Position numbers and translations under genes: made by a program. This document shows, in pieces, positions 20,701 through 31,912 of a stretch of 32,000 nucleotides of DNA. The stretch lies in the NCBI RefSeq assembly GCF_000195855.1, contig NC_002677.1, positions 60,001 through 92,000 of the forward strand, in the 5' to 3' direction. Source of the stretch: Mycobacterium leprae TN. Its GTDB lineage: Bacteria; Actinomycetota; Actinomycetes; Mycobacteriales; Mycobacteriaceae. Numbering within the stretch: the stretch's first letter is position 1; each line of letters opens with the position of its first letter. The notes beneath the pieces are model-generated. The model saw nothing but the letters and a program-made list of their open reading frames with translations. It was not told the DNA's origin and did no database searches.

Positions 20701-22292
20701 GCTTGATCTCCCCCCCACCGCACCATGACATTTACTCTATTGAAGATCTGGCGCAGCTGATCCACGATCTGAAAAATGCGAACCCATCGGCGAGGGTGCA
20801 TGTCAAGCTTGTCTCGGAAAACGGGGTAGGCACGGTGGCTGCGGGGGTATCCAAGGCACATGCCGACGTGGTCCTGGTCTCGGGGCACGACGGTGGTACC
20901 GGCGCGACCCCGCTGACATCGATGAAGCACTCGGGTGCGCCATGGGAGCTGGGGCTGGCCGAGACCCAGCAGACATTATTGCTCAACGGATTACGCGACC
21001 GAATCGTGGTCCAGGTAGACGGTCAACTCAAGACGGGTCGTGATGTGATGATCGCTGCGTTGCTAGGCGCTGAGGAATTCGGCTTCGCCACGGCCCCACT
21101 GGTAGTCGCTGGCTGTATCATGATGCGAGTATGTCATCTAGACACCTGCCCGGTTGGCGTCGCAACTCAGAATCCTTTGCTACGCAAGCGGTTCAATGGC
21201 AAGCCTGAATTCGTCGAGAATTTCTTCATGTTTATAGCTGAAGAAGTTCGGGAATATATGGCACAGTTGGGTTTTCGAACGTTTAATGAGGCGGTAGGCC
21301 AGGTGGGTGCGCTGGACACGACTCCGGTTCGGGAGCATTGGAAGGCGCATAGTATCGATCTGACACCCGTGTTACACGAGCCGGAGTCAGCATTCATGAA
21401 CCAGGATTTGTACTGCAGTTCGCGCCAGGATCATGGTCTGGACAAAGTGCTCGATCAGCAGTTAATAGCTGTCAGCAGGGATGCGCTGGATTTCGGTAAG
21501 CCGGTTAGGTTCTCCACTACCATCGGTAACGTCAATCGCACGGTAGGCACCATGCTCGGCCATGAGCTAACGAAAGCCTATGGTGCCCAAGGACTTCCGG
21601 ATGGAACCATAGATATCACGTTCGAAGGATCCGCGGGCAACAGCTTTGGCGCCTTTGTACCCAAGGGGATCACGCTGCGTGTCTATGGAGATGCCAACGA
21701 CTATGTTGGCAAGGGCCTGTCTGGTGGTAGAATTGTGGTGCGGCCGTCCGATAGTGTGCCGCTGAACTACGTTGCCGAGGATAACATTATTGGCGGCAAC
21801 GTGATTCTGTTCGGCGCCACCAGCGGGGAGGTTTATTTGCGCGGGGTTGTAGGCGAGCGGTTCGCGGTTCGCAACTCCGGGGCCCATGCGGTAGTCGAGG
21901 GCGTTGGTGATCATGGTTGCGAGTACATGACTGGCGGTAAGGTGGTCATCCTTGGCCGCACCGGCCGTAACTTTGCGGCTGGCATGTCCGGCGGTGAGGC
22001 TTATGTTTACGATTCCGACGGCGAACTTCCGGCCAACCTGAACTTCGAAATGGTTGAACTCGAGCCCCTTGACTTCGATGACGCAGCCTGGCTGTATGCT
22101 ACGATACAGGCGCATGTCGACGCTACTGATTCCGCTGTTGGCCAGCGGATACTGGCTGGCTGGTCCGAGCAGCAACGATACTTCGTCAAGGTGATGCCGA
22201 AGGACTACAAGCGGGTGTTGCAGGCTATCGCGTTAGCTGAACGCAACGGTGTGGATGTCAACAAGGTGATAATGGAGCCGGCACATGGCTGA
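17709..22292 (+). CDS. gltB: Glutamate synthase (NADPH) large subunit
   Basis: 1527 aa; [31 protein letters not shown] (Cys-nucleophile glutamine amidotransferase type 2), [11 protein letters not shown]/3Fe-4S region [21 protein letters not shown]. Confidence 0.98.
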   Translation: MTAKRVGLYNPAFEHDSCGVAMVVDMYGRRTRDIVDKAITALLNLEHRGAQGAEPRSGDGAGILIQVPDAFLRAVVDFELPAASSYATGIAFLPQSSKDAAAACAAVEKIAVAEGLHVLGWRNVPTDASSLGALSRDAMPTFRQVFMAGATGLTLERRAYVIRKRAEHELGTKGPGQDGPGRETIYFPSLSSQTFVYKGMLTTPQLKAFYRDLQDERLTSALGIVHSRFSTNTFPSWPLAHPFRRIAHNGEINTVTGNENWMRAREALMKTDIFGSKADMEKLFPICTPGASDTARFDEALELLHLGGRSLVHAVLMMIPEAWERHESMDPARRAFYQYHASLMEPWDGPASMTFTDGVVVGAVLDRNGLRPSRIWITDAGLVVMASEAGVLDLDPSIVVRRMRLQPGRMFLVDTAQGRIVSDEEIKAKLAAEHPYQEWLDKGLVPIDELPAGKYVRMPHHRLVMRQLAFGYTYEELNLLVAPMVRAGSEPIGSMGADTPIAVLSRRPRMLYDYFHQLFAQVTNPPLDAIREEVVTSLQGTTGGEYDLLSPDENSCHQIWLPQPILRNYELAKLVNLDPADEVNGRPHGMRSTVVSCLYPVADAGAGLAAALTEVRAQASAAIVGGARVIILSDRNSDEQMAPIPSLLSVAAVHHHLVRDRTRTHVGLVVESGDAREVHHMAALIGFGAAAVNPYLVFESIEEMLDRGVIDGIDRKTALNNYIKATGQGVLKIMSKMGISTLASYVGAQLFQAVGISEDVLDEYFSGLSCPTGGITLDDIAAEVAVRHRVAYLDRPDERAHRELEVGGEYQWRREGEYHLFNPETVFKLQHATRSGQYKIFKEYTRLVDDQSERMASLRGLLKFRSGVRTPVPLDEVEPASEIVKRFSTGAMSYGSISAEAHETLAIAMNRLGGRSNSGEGGEDVNRFEPDPNGDWRRSAIKQVASARFGVTSHYLTNCTDIQIKMAQGAKPGEGGQLPGRKVYPWIAQVRNSTPGVGLISPPPHHDIYSIEDLAQLIHDLKNANPSARVHVKLVSENGVGTVAAGVSKAHADVVLVSGHDGGTGATPLTSMKHSGAPWELGLAETQQTLLLNGLRDRIVVQVDGQLKTGRDVMIAALLGAEEFGFATAPLVVAGCIMMRVCHLDTCPVGVATQNPLLRKRFNGKPEFVENFFMFIAEEVREYMAQLGFRTFNEAVGQVGALDTTPVREHWKAHSIDLTPVLHEPESAFMNQDLYCSSRQDHGLDKVLDQQLIAVSRDALDFGKPVRFSTTIGNVNRTVGTMLGHELTKAYGAQGLPDGTIDITFEGSAGNSFGAFVPKGITLRVYGDANDYVGKGLSGGRIVVRPSDSVPLNYVAEDNIIGGNVILFGATSGEVYLRGVVGERFAVRNSGAHAVVEGVGDHGCEYMTGGKVVILGRTGRNFAAGMSGGEAYVYDSDGELPANLNFEMVELEPLDFDDAAWLYATIQAHVDATDSAVGQRILAGWSEQQRYFVKVMPKDYKRVLQAIALAERNGVDVNKVIMEPAHG

Positions 22293-23751
22293 TCCGGCTG
22301 GCTTTTTGAAATACACACAGCGAGAATTACCGAGGCGACGGCCTGTCCCGCTACGGCTGCGTGACTGGAAGGAATTATACGAGGAATTCGATAAAGAGAC
22401 TTTGCGGAATCAGGCGTCCCGTTGCATGGACTGCGGTATTCCTTTCTGTCACAATGGGTGTCCTTTGGGAAATTTGATCCCGGAATGGAATGACTTGGTG
22501 CGTCGCGGCCGTTGGCACGATGCGGTTGAACGTCTGCACGCCACAAACAATTTTCCCGATGTCACTGGCCGGCTATGTCCGGCGCCATGCGAGTCGGCGT
22601 GTGTGCTCGGCATTAACCAGGATCCGGTGACGATCAAGCAGATCGAGCTAGAGATCATCGACAAGGCCTTCGACGAAGGTTGGGTGCAACCACTGCCGCC
22701 GCAGCAGTTGACCGGTAAGACGGTTGCCGTGGTGGGTTCGGGGCCAGCTGGACTTGCTGCTGCCCAACAACTCACCCGTGCGGGTCATCGCGTGACGGTC
22801 TTCGAACGCGACGATCGCATCGGCGGGTTGCTGCGGTATGGCATCCCGGAATTCAAGATGGAAAAGCGCTTCCTGGAGCGGAGGCTAGACCAGTTGCGGG
22901 CTGAAGGCACCGAATTCCGGTCTGGCGTCAACGTCGGAGTTGACATCACTGCCGATCAGCTGTGCGCTGATTTTGATGCGGTCGTGCTGGCCGGCGGCGC
23001 GGCCACTTGGCGCGAACTGCCCATTCCGGGACGTGAGTTAGATGGCGTTCACCAGGCGATGGAGTTCCTGCCCTGGGTCAACCGTGTCCAGGAGGGAGAT
23101 GACGTCCTCGGAGACGACGGGCAGCCGCCTATCACTGCTAAGGACAAAAAGGTGGTCATCATCGGTGGTGGCGACACCGGGGCAGACTGCTTGGGCGCGG
23201 TGCACCGGCAAGGTGCGATCCACGTGCACCAGCTCGAGATAATGCCGCGTCCGCCGGATGCCCGCGCTGCATCCACGCCGTGGCCAACTTACCCACTGAT
23301 GTATCGGGTATCGCCGGCCCACGAAGAAGGTGGCGAGCGGGTGTTCTCAGTTAACACCGAGGAGTTCGTCGGCAAGAACGGGCGGGTGCACGCGCTCAAG
23401 GCTCATGAAGTGACGATGCAAGACGGCCGGTTTGTCAAGGTTGAGAACTCCGTTTTCGAGCTCGAGGCCGATCTAGTGTTGCTGGCGATGGGATTCGTTG
23501 GTCCGGAAAAGCCGGGCCTGCTCACCGACCTGGGTGTGAAGTTCACCGACCGCGGCAACGTCGCACGTGGCGCCGACTTTGATACTTCGGTTCCTGGTGT
23601 TTTCGTTGCGGGCGACATGGGACGTGGCCAGTCGTTGATCGTTTGGGCGATTGCTGAGGGTCGGGCTGCCGCGGCGGCTGTGGATCGATTTTTGATGGGC
23701 GCAACCGCGTTGCCGGCACCCGTCAAGCCGTCGTCTTTACCACTTCAGTAG
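22285..23751 (+). CDS. gltD: Glutamate synthase (NADPH) small subunit
   Basis: 488 aa; CxxC clusters [23 protein letters not shown], dinucleotide-binding motifs [15 protein letters not shown] and [13 protein letters not shown]; overlaps gltB stop by 8 nt. Confidence 0.98.
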   Translation: MADPAGFLKYTQRELPRRRPVPLRLRDWKELYEEFDKETLRNQASRCMDCGIPFCHNGCPLGNLIPEWNDLVRRGRWHDAVERLHATNNFPDVTGRLCPAPCESACVLGINQDPVTIKQIELEIIDKAFDEGWVQPLPPQQLTGKTVAVVGSGPAGLAAAQQLTRAGHRVTVFERDDRIGGLLRYGIPEFKMEKRFLERRLDQLRAEGTEFRSGVNVGVDITADQLCADFDAVVLAGGAATWRELPIPGRELDGVHQAMEFLPWVNRVQEGDDVLGDDGQPPITAKDKKVVIIGGGDTGADCLGAVHRQGAIHVHQLEIMPRPPDARAASTPWPTYPLMYRVSPAHEEGGERVFSVNTEEFVGKNGRVHALKAHEVTMQDGRFVKVENSVFELEADLVLLAMGFVGPEKPGLLTDLGVKFTDRGNVARGADFDTSVPGVFVAGDMGRGQSLIVWAIAEGRAAAAAVDRFLMGATALPAPVKPSSLPLQ

Positions 23752-24959
23752 TCGCACCAGTCACGCTAGAAACAGGCATATAATCGCTTCGGCGGGTCTT
23801 TCGTTGTTTGTCAGATAACGGGTGTCTAATCATTCTGTTGCAGGCTTCGTCACATAATCGGTCCCGGTGGAGTTCGTCTGAATGGGCCGATCGCAGGAGT
23901 AATAACTGTGCATATCAAACCAGTACCTTGGTCACGGGTGGTTAGAATCGCCTGGTCATGGCTTCGTCACCCGGTCAAGAGCCGCGGGTTTCCCGCCAAA
24001 CACGAGCGTTTAGTCACCGCCGAAGAGCTGCAGCTACTCGGGGTTTGACACCGCAGGGCTGTTTGGCCTCCAAGTATACTAGACTTTTGCTTAACTTTAT
24101 AAGTTGTTATCGAGGTGAGCAGACTCGAGTCCCGAAACGCCTCTGCCAGGGGTTCCAAGATGGCGTCACCGTGCAGCGTGACGACTTGCCCGTAGTTGTG
24201 TTCCGGTTCCAGTCGAAGGTGAGTCGACAGCGTGATCTAGTGTGGATCACGTTCAATGTTTACAAAGTGGCCGGCCAGCATGTCGCGCTTGTGCACCAAC
24301 ACCTCGAGTGGGGCCACCGGCGAAGTTCCAGTGTTGGGTATAGCGTACGATGATCCACAAGGTGCGTTTCTCTCCGCTGCTGCCGATGCAGATTAGGGAG
24401 TGTGGTCACTACGAGTCTTTGGGCTTGTTGCGAGTGTACGCCAAACTGGTAGTATTTGCTGTCGGAGTTGGTTAGCACCTGGCAAGCTTTCTTGAACCGG
24501 TTGAAGTTTCCGTTATTCCGCCTAAACTCGATGCCGTATCCGTCAGACTCCTGTTCATTCCTGCTGGCGCCGATTTCCAGCCCGAATCGTACGCTTGGAG
24601 ATTAAGTTTAATGCGGCAAGCGATATGGGCTAACACCATGCGGTGACGGTAGTGAATTCCAATCATCAGTGTACCCCAGTTGCAGCAGGGTAGTGGTCCT
24701 GCGTAAGCGCGGTCAGCGTGGTTCAGCTGTCAAGGCAGGACTCATCGCTGTCGGTGAGGATCGGACAGAAGTGGTAGAAGGTTCCTACCCGGACTCCAAT
24801 GCTTCAATCTCGTCAGTTGCTTGTTAGAAGGCTAGCATCTGTAAAGCCCATGTGGTGTGTTCCGGCGCGGTCTTAAAGGCGAAGCGCATGTGTCCGCCGG
24901 TAGTTGTTGACATCGCGTACTGGACGCGACACACTGTGTGTTGTGGATCTGGTGACCGC

Positions 24960-25790
24960 TCGGCGGCTAGGCTTGAATGCGCCACGACCCCAGACGTGTG
25001 ATGGCGTAGCGTGTAACCTCGCCGTCATCGTTTGAATTACCTAGACGACGCTGCACGCGAGCGTTACGGTTTAGGCAAACAGCTGGCAGACGCTGCTTGG
25101 GCATTGGACTCAAAACCGCAAAGGTTATTGTCCAAGCATAAGTCGCCCGTGAACCCGACCTTTTGATCGAATTCCGTTCTATAATGGACGATCTTGGCCG
25201 TGGGTGCCGCGGGGATGCGTATCTGCATTCGAACTAGTCGAGTCAGTTGGTACCGATCGAAGATATCGCGGCTGAGAAGCGAAACCAAACTCACCGTTGC
25301 CAACGGGTTGTTGGCGGAGTGGTTGCGCAAACAGCTCGACGTAATCGACGGCCTGCGTGACAAATGCGCGCCGCTGCAGATGCTTGCCGGCATTGAGGTC
25401 GACATCCTCGATGACGACAATTAGACTCGGACCCCGAGTTGCTGGAACGCCTCGATGTCGTTGTTGACAGCGTGCCATTCGAAGCTGTCGATGGATCCGG
25501 TCTTGATGACCCGCCGCATGGTGCTCACCGTTTGCAACGACTACGTCAACCTGCTGTGACCACGGCAACCGTGGTGGAAATCAACTCCTGTCCTGATCGC
25601 CTTAACGACCACGCTGCTGCTGCCCCGGTTGGTGCTGGACATCGAATGTGTGTTCAGCATTGGTACTGATGCATACACGCTCGGATGGTTGGACTTCCTC
25701 GGTTATGTCGCCCTGCGCGTTGTGGACCACGGGCGTTCTCTTTGGCCGGATCGTCAACACCTGTCCGGCCCCGTGTGACCTGCGGCGAGG
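24960..25790 (+). pseudogene. Decayed PHP-domain / PolX-like protein (Rv3856c-like)
   Basis: Frameshifted and stop-interrupted fragments in order: RRVMA*; LDDAARERYG; GIGLKTAKVI (helix-hairpin-helix like GIGPKTAKVI); LTVANGLLAEWLRKQLDVIDGLRDKCAPLQMLAGIEVDILDDD; DPELLERLDVVVDSVPFEAV; TATVVEINSCPDR; CVFSIGTDAYTLGWLDFLGYVALR(V). Position next to ethR matches Rv3856c. Confidence 0.85.
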
Positions 25791-25967
25791 ATCTTGCCCG
25801 TGATTCGATTATCGGGGTGACTACCACCGCGTCGATCTCTGCGGGCGATATTCGGTTACCGACCCAATGCTGTTCGAAGGACGTGTGGAATTTAAGTCCA
25901 GGTTCGCATGCAGGATGCATGCTTCACACCGCACGAAACATGTGTTCACATGGGGTGTGAGGGGGGA

Positions 25968-26612
25968 TTAGCGAATTTCGTTGTATATACTGCTCACCCA
26001 GATGTGCACCAGGGTGTCGAGCACCCGGGACTCCGGGACGTGAGGCTGTTCGGCGGTGAATGAGGCAAACAGCGCCCGCTCGTTCATCAGGTTGAGCGCG
26101 GTGGCCAATTCTGTGGCGGGCAGGGTGTCTGGTGCCACACCGCGTTTGCGTTCGGCATCGATCACAGCGGCGGTGTAGGAGATCCACTTCTGCATGAAGG
26201 TCGACCACAATTTCCGAACCTCGGTATTGTCTCTGGTGACTTGCCCCGCACAGGTCACTGCTTTATGGGATCCAAAGGTTTCGAAGAATACGTTGATCCC
26301 GGTGCGCCACTTATTGCCGCGTTTGTTATCTCGATTCTTAATGAGGGTTTCGAGGGCAGCGTTCGCCTTGTTGAACACGCGGTCCAGCAGTGTCAATAGC
26401 ACAGCTTCCTTGGAAGCGAAATAGAAGTAGAAAGTTGGCCGCGAAATCCCGGCACTTTTGGCCAAGTAATCTACCGAGATCTCGGTAAGCGGTCGGTCCT
26501 CAAGAAGTTGCTCAGCGGTGGCCAGGATTGCCAGTTCACGGTCGTCGCCGGACGGGCGTGTGCTGCGTCGACTCCGGCTTTGCGAAGTTTGTCCGGCAGT
26601 GGAATTTATCAC
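25968..26612 (-). CDS. ethR: TetR-family repressor EthR
   Basis: SRRSTRPSGDDRELAILATAEQLLEDRPLTEISVDYLAKSAGISRPTFYFYFASKEAVLLTLLDRV...; GTG at 26612 gives 214 aa. The track start (26645) places 11 extra residues over the intergenic operator region. Confidence 0.93.
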   Translation of the reverse strand: MINSTAGQTSQSRSRRSTRPSGDDRELAILATAEQLLEDRPLTEISVDYLAKSAGISRPTFYFYFASKEAVLLTLLDRVFNKANAALETLIKNRDNKRGNKWRTGINVFFETFGSHKAVTCAGQVTRDNTEVRKLWSTFMQKWISYTAAVIDAERKRGVAPDTLPATELATALNLMNERALFASFTAEQPHVPESRVLDTLVHIWVSSIYNEIR

Positions 26613-26639
26613 GATAGGTAGCTTACCCCACGTCGAGAA

Positions 26640-26681
26640 TTTCAACGCAACGTTGACGACTTCGACACAGCGTTGATATTA
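26640..26681. promoter_or_regulatory. Probable EthR operator in the ethR-ethA divergent intergenic region
   Basis: cgttgacgacttcgacacagcgttgata resembles the remembered M. tuberculosis EthR operator core (CGTTGACGgCcTCGACAttaCGTTGATA). Confidence 0.6.
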
Positions 26682-26689
26682 TGGTTGTT

Positions 26690-28165
26690 ATGGCTGAGAC
26701 CGAGTACCTGGATGTTGTCATCGTGGGCGCCGGTATCTCCGGCGTGAGCGCAGCCTGGCACCTGCAGGATCGTTGTCCGAACAAGAGCTATGTTATCCTG
26801 GAAAAGCGGGCCGGCATGGGTGGCACCTGGGATTTGTTTCGGTACCCTGGCATTCGTTCGGACTCCGATATGTACACGCTGGGTTTTCGATTTCGTCCAT
26901 GGACCAAGTGTCAAGCAATTGCCGATGGTAAGCCCATCCTCGAATACATTAAGAGCACCGCCGTCATGCATGGCATCGACAAGTACATCCGGCTTAACCA
27001 CAAAGTCACCGGCGCCGACTGGTCGAGTATAGAAAATCGCTGGACCGTGCAGGTTGAAAACAACGGCACACCCCGCATGATCTCTTGCTCATTTTTGTTT
27101 TTGTGCAGCGGCTACTATAACTATGAGCAGGGCTATGCGCCGACCTTCCTTGGCTCGGAGGATTTCACCGGTCCGATTATTCATCCGCAGCACTGGCCAG
27201 AGGATCTCGATTACGCCGCTAAGAACATCGTCGTGATAGGTAGTGGCGCCACTGCAGTCACTTTGGTTCCGGCGCTTGCGAATTCGGGTGCCAAGCACGT
27301 CACGATGTTGCAGCGCTCCCCCACCTACATTGTTTCTCAGCCGGCCAAGGACAAAATTGCCGCCAGGCTCAATCGGTGGCTACCCGACAAGTATGCGTAC
27401 ACCGCTGTCCGCTGGAAGAATATCCTGCGGCAATCGGCTCTGTACGGAGCCTGTCAGAAGTGGCCGCAGCGGATGCGAAACATTCTGTTGGGCCACGTGG
27501 CACGCCGACTTCCCAAGGGCTATGATGTGCAAAAACACTTCGGTCCGCATTATAACCCGTGGGAGCAACGGCTGTGTCTGGTACCGGACGGTGACTTGTT
27601 CCGAGCTATTCGCAAGGGTACAGTGGATATGGTCACGGATGCCATTGACCGGTTTACCTCGACCGGCATCCGGCTCAAGTCGGGGAATGAGTTGCGAGCC
27701 GACATTATCGTCACTGCCACCGGATTGAACCTGCAACTGTTTGGTGGTGCTGTCGCAACTGTTGATGGACAGCCGGTGGATCTCGCTCAGACGATGTCGT
27801 ACAAGGGCATGATGCTGTCTGGCCTACCCAATATGATATATACTGTAGGATACACTAATGCGTCGTGGACATTGAAGGCAGACCTGGTATCAGAATTCTT
27901 CTGTCGGTTGCTAAATTATATGAACGCCAACGATTTTGATACTGTGGCAGTGGAGTATCCGGGTTCCGACGTCGAAGAGCGGCCGTTCATGGATTTCACC
28001 CCCGGTTATGTGCTGCGCTCACTCGACGCGTTACCCAAGCAGGGTTCCCGCACGCCATGGCGATTAAACCAGAACTACCTGCGCGACATCCGGTTGATCC
28101 GCCGCGGCAAGGTCGCTGATGAAGGTCTCCTTTTTGCCAAAAAGACTACTCCCGTTACGGTTTAG
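26690..28165 (+). CDS. ethA: Baeyer-Villiger flavin monooxygenase EthA (thioamide prodrug activator)
   Basis: MAETEYLDVVIVGAGISGVSAAWHLQDRCPNKSYVILEKRAGMGGTWDLFRYPGIRSDSD...; Rossmann GxGxxG motifs and BVMO-like sequence. Track start is 26681; the internal ATG at 26690 fits better. Confidence 0.95.
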   Translation: MAETEYLDVVIVGAGISGVSAAWHLQDRCPNKSYVILEKRAGMGGTWDLFRYPGIRSDSDMYTLGFRFRPWTKCQAIADGKPILEYIKSTAVMHGIDKYIRLNHKVTGADWSSIENRWTVQVENNGTPRMISCSFLFLCSGYYNYEQGYAPTFLGSEDFTGPIIHPQHWPEDLDYAAKNIVVIGSGATAVTLVPALANSGAKHVTMLQRSPTYIVSQPAKDKIAARLNRWLPDKYAYTAVRWKNILRQSALYGACQKWPQRMRNILLGHVARRLPKGYDVQKHFGPHYNPWEQRLCLVPDGDLFRAIRKGTVDMVTDAIDRFTSTGIRLKSGNELRADIIVTATGLNLQLFGGAVATVDGQPVDLAQTMSYKGMMLSGLPNMIYTVGYTNASWTLKADLVSEFFCRLLNYMNANDFDTVAVEYPGSDVEERPFMDFTPGYVLRSLDALPKQGSRTPWRLNQNYLRDIRLIRRGKVADEGLLFAKKTTPVTV

Positions 28166-28245
28166 GGCGATAGCGAGTACGGTGGGAGCGGGTTAAGCGG
28201 GCTGCCAGCATTCAGCCGTAGTAGCTGAGCCGGGGGTCACTACAA

Positions 28246-28719
28246 TTAGACGACGACAATGCCGTCGTCGTCACTGTAGACGACTTCTCCCGGAACGAAT
28301 GTCACACCACCCAGGTTGACCTCGACGTGGCGTTCCCCGGTGCCGATCTTAGTACTTTTGCGTGGATTGGTGCCTAGCGCCTTGATGCCAATGTCGATAC
28401 CGCGCAGTGCGGCTGCGTCTCGCACTGCACCATTGACGATTAGGCCGGCCCAGCCGTTGGAGTGGGCCAATTCGGCGATCACGTCACCGACCAAGGCGGT
28501 GTGCAGGGAACCGGCGCCGTCGACCACCAGCACTCCACCCGCACTCGTCTGGGAGAGTACCGATTTGAGTAGCGCATTGTCCTGGAAACAACGGACGGTA
28601 CTGATCGGGCCGGCGAACTCCGAGCAGCCGCCGAACTGGCGAAACTGAAGATCGCAGCTGCGTACGTCGACCCCGATGCTGTCGACGAGGTCGGCGGTTG
28701 GCCGAAATGACACGATCAC
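28246..28719 (-). CDS. rraA: RraA-like / MenG-annotated protein (regulator of RNase E activity A family)
   Basis: 157 aa; [23 protein letters not shown]...[44 protein letters not shown]...[14 protein letters not shown]. Confidence 0.94.
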   Translation of the reverse strand: MIVSFRPTADLVDSIGVDVRSCDLQFRQFGGCSEFAGPISTVRCFQDNALLKSVLSQTSAGGVLVVDGAGSLHTALVGDVIAELAHSNGWAGLIVNGAVRDAAALRGIDIGIKALGTNPRKSTKIGTGERHVEVNLGGVTFVPGEVVYSDDDGIVVV

Positions 28720-28740
28720 TGCTGGTCTGTCGGTAGGCGG

Positions 28741-29106
28741 TCAGCGACGTCGCAGTTGGTGGATAAGCAGCAGGGCCAGTAGACCGATTGCCAACGCGAT
28801 CACCAGTGCTACCGGTGAATTGCTCGCTTCCAGCGCCTCAGCACCGTTGGGGACCGGATTGCTAGCCCCCTCTACGGCTGACTGCGCTTGTTCCGCAACG
28901 TCTTTAGCAACATCAAGTTGGCCGTTAGTTTCGATTCGCTGCTGCAGACCGAGCGATTGGTTGGCTGCCTGCGGTGATGCGAAACTAGGGCTTTTAGGTG
29001 GAGCTTTTTTGGCCGGTGCTTTAGCGGCTTTGGCGGGTACTTTCTTAGCCGGCAGTGTCGACGTTCCGTCGGGTTCACTGTTAGGTGGATTTTGCTGGTC
29101 TGCCAT
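28741..29106 (-). CDS. hns: Hns-like (Rv3852-type) protein, Lys/Ala/Pro-rich N-terminus with C-terminal membrane helix
   Basis: 121 aa MADQQNPPNSEPDGTSTLPAKKVPAKAAKAPAKKAPPKS...NSPVALVIALAIGLLALLLIHQLRRR; synteny with rraA. Confidence 0.88.
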   Translation of the reverse strand: MADQQNPPNSEPDGTSTLPAKKVPAKAAKAPAKKAPPKSPSFASPQAANQSLGLQQRIETNGQLDVAKDVAEQAQSAVEGASNPVPNGAEALEASNSPVALVIALAIGLLALLLIHQLRRR

Positions 29107-29619
29107 GCGACCGCTCCTCTGCAGCTTTTTCGTTACATATCAGGTCACAGAATGTTCGACGTACCCAATCTTGCCAGCAAATGCTTGGGCGTATCTTTTA
29201 TCAGGCCCATCGCGACCTGCGCCGTACTGCCTACAGTGCCCTCGCAGCGCTGAACGCTACGATGACCACACCAAACGTAAAGTCCAAGATATCCGTGCCT
29301 GCGTCTAGGGCAGCGGCTTTTGGCGCGGCTGTGTCGGTGGGTGCCGTCTGTCGAAACGACCACTACTTGGAAACCACTTGGCCATCGGAGGACGTCACCC
29401 CGTAGTGCGCCGGGGAGCTGTTGTTCGGCGGCCCACACTGTTGCACACTGACGTTGGCAACCGCGCCTCACACTGGTTGCGTCGACGATAGACCACACGC
29501 TGTCATCAGACTCGCAAGTGTGCACGGACGCTACTTGTGTGCAGTCAGAGACGTGGTGAACGCCATGGTGAGCAGCAACGGGTCGACCCACGTCGTTGAT
29601 ACGTACCAAGGGGGACATG

Positions 29620-30336
29620 TTAGGTCGCTGCCTTCCGTGTCGAGTCCGCTACGGACCGGTTGTCAGCCATGGACGTGGTCAGGTCAACCCCAAGCCGTGC
29701 CATAAGGTCTGCTTCGATGCCGTCGAGTTGCGATGAGATCGTGGAATGCACTGCCCGGCGACGCGTGGCCGGCATATTCTCCACGGCGGCGACAGCAGCT
29801 GAAAGATCGATTAGCCGTTCGGTGATCGTGGAGACGAACTGCTTGGTCTCGGCGTCTTTCGGCTTTTTCTCTTGCACGAGCAGCACCGATTGCTCGGATC
29901 TGGCTATGCGCGCCGACAGCCGCGCGCTGGGTCCGGAGAACTGGCCGATCTGAGCTAGTGGAATGCCGAGCTGATCCGCCCGACGCTGGTCGATTAGCGC
30001 GCGGGTGGCTATGGCTGCGCGATATATCAACGGCACCACGATTGGAGCCAGCAGCCGAGACACCGTCAGCACCCGGCGGATCCTAGTTGGCGATAGCAAC
30101 TTGCCTTCCTTGGCTGCCTTGAGCTCTGTCTCGGCGACTTTTAGCGCTACGCGGTCGCTGTTTCGTTTAGCTTTTAATTGGGCTTTGAGGGCCTTGTTGG
30201 TGGCGCGCTGAGCGCTGTTCAGACGGCGAGCTTCGTTTTTGGCGGCCAGTCGGGCCTCAAGTTTGGCGCGGGCCTTAATTGCACGGGCTTCGGCGCGACG
30301 CATCGCACGGCTCCTTCGCTTGTGGAACAGTCCCAT
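29620..30336 (-). CDS. Conserved hypothetical protein (Rv3850-like), coiled-coil basic N-terminus
   Basis: 238 aa MGLFHKRRSRAMRRAEARAIKARAKLEARLAAKNEARR...VAETELKAAKEGKLLSPTRIRRVLTVSRLLAPIVVPLIYRA...; between hns-like gene and espR. Confidence 0.9.
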   Translation of the reverse strand: MGLFHKRRSRAMRRAEARAIKARAKLEARLAAKNEARRLNSAQRATNKALKAQLKAKRNSDRVALKVAETELKAAKEGKLLSPTRIRRVLTVSRLLAPIVVPLIYRAAIATRALIDQRRADQLGIPLAQIGQFSGPSARLSARIARSEQSVLLVQEKKPKDAETKQFVSTITERLIDLSAAVAAVENMPATRRRAVHSTISSQLDGIEADLMARLGVDLTTSMADNRSVADSTRKAAT

Positions 30337-30520
30337 TCCCGCATCGCCTCTCCGGTATACTTGTGAACTATCGCTGTGCGTGTGCGCGATCGGTAGCCAA
30401 TTCTAATCGGAATGAGTCGGTGTCAGGCTGCCCTGTCGCGCTGGAACGAAGGACAGCAAGTAAGAACAGGCCGTTAGGTGAGCTACCGGAGGCGAGTGCT
30501 GCGCCGTCTGCCAAGGTGAC

Positions 30521-30919
30521 CTACACGTCAAGATGCTCCGCACGCCGTAGTTCGTCGACTCGATCCACGATGTCCTGCTGAGCTTGGGCAGACAACCCGA
30601 TGGTCCGCATCGCGATCCGGCGCACGCCTTCATCACGCATGGTGGCCAGCCATGCCAATTCTTGATCGAGTTTTTCGTAATACTCGTCGTTGGTGAAATA
30701 GGCCGGTTTGATGCGGAAGAAGTTGGCAAGGGCGGATATCGTGGCTGACGAAGGGTTCGTGCGATTACCGGAGCGGAGCTGTGACAGGTAAGGAGCCGAC
30801 ATGGTGATGCCCTCCGCCTTGAGCGCTGCGATTACCTCGGCAGAGGTGTGCGGCCCGCGCCCGGGTGGATACACCGTGTCGAACAGGCGGTTTAGGCGGG
30901 CAGCGAATGTCGTGCTCAT
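30521..30919 (-). CDS. espR: Nucleoid-associated regulator EspR (helix-turn-helix)
   Basis: MSTTFAARLNRLFDTVYPPGRGPHTSAEVIAALKAEGITMSAPYLSQLRSGNRTNPSSATISALANFFRIKPAYFTNDEYYEKL...; ATG at 30919 gives 132 aa. Track start at 31072 adds 51 non-homologous residues. Confidence 0.96.
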   Translation of the reverse strand: MSTTFAARLNRLFDTVYPPGRGPHTSAEVIAALKAEGITMSAPYLSQLRSGNRTNPSSATISALANFFRIKPAYFTNDEYYEKLDQELAWLATMRDEGVRRIAMRTIGLSAQAQQDIVDRVDELRRAEHLDV

Positions 30920-31912
30920 CGATATGACCTCCAACGAGCTGAAAGAACGACCGGTTGTCAATAAGTATAAGTGCAAACCCAAATAGATTCTGTAATGGTG
31001 TTTCAAGTGGGCAGTGACACAATCCCTGCAGAGCAAGCAACTGAGACGTTGAGATGTCTGCAAGGTGAACAAAATTCACAGGTTATCTGCAGAAACTACC
31101 TCGAGAACTTGAGTGACATTTACTTTTCTTCTTGCTCGATGTGGGCTCTGGGCAGATCGTGGGGGTGAATATGCCTGACACCGGGTAACTAGTAGACAAC
31201 GGGAGTTTGCTATAATTACCTTTTCTGCCCAGACTCTGTCAGTCGGCTTTGAACGGCCCGGAGGCTGGGCTTAGTGGGACTTTGCCGCCGCTGCGTTACT
31301 CCCTGTGGGGACTGTTAGGCACAGCCTGGTGATCGGCTCGCGTGCTGGACGGTATATCCAGACGGCGCCCGGTGGTCTCCCAGCGATTGTTGCTCTTGTT
31401 TGTCGCCAGCGCAGAGTGTGCGACATACCTACATTTGCCTGTTGCCAGCGCTAAAGCCGCGTTAACGCCGATCACCACCGGGCCGCCACCCACAGCGTGC
31501 TGTCCAGCAGCCACAAGCCGTACGCTAGGAACTAGCAGGTTCGTCACCCCGGTCAGCATCACCCACCATTAGTAGCGCATCGCGCAAATCATGGTGATTA
31601 GCTTAGACCTGTCACTGAATTCGACGAGGAAAACTACCCCCGAGCCTTAACAGCGTTCCGGCGAGCATGAAACACGGCTTTTCGGCACGTCTTAAACAAC
31701 CATGTTAATCATCGAACATCGTTTGAAGGTCTCGTGCATCGGATTTACCGGTTCACCGGAAGGGCTGTTTGTCGGTATGTCGACTCGACGATTGGGCTAC
31801 TCTTTTCTTCGCTAACACCCCGAGGCTAGTGGGCAAATCCGGTGGGCGCTAGGAAGGCGGTGGAGTTCGGGCCCCCGCGATTCAGTGCCCGAACCATTTC
31901 GTCTAAATGTCT

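Noticed and set aside
18372-21397. Several antisense ORFs inside gltB (e.g. 18372..18926, 19412..19786, 20574..20930)
   Set aside because: They are mirror ORFs expected opposite a long GC-rich coding sequence, with no recognisable product and a very strong sense-strand gene.
21567-22189. Minus-strand 202 aa ORF opposite the gltB 3' end
   Set aside because: Antisense shadow of the conserved glutamate synthase C-terminal domain.
23800-24950. Possible intact genes between gltD and the PHP pseudogene (23958..24353 and others)
   Set aside because: ORFs are short, with frame changes and no recognisable family; probably decayed sequence, but identity could not be supported.
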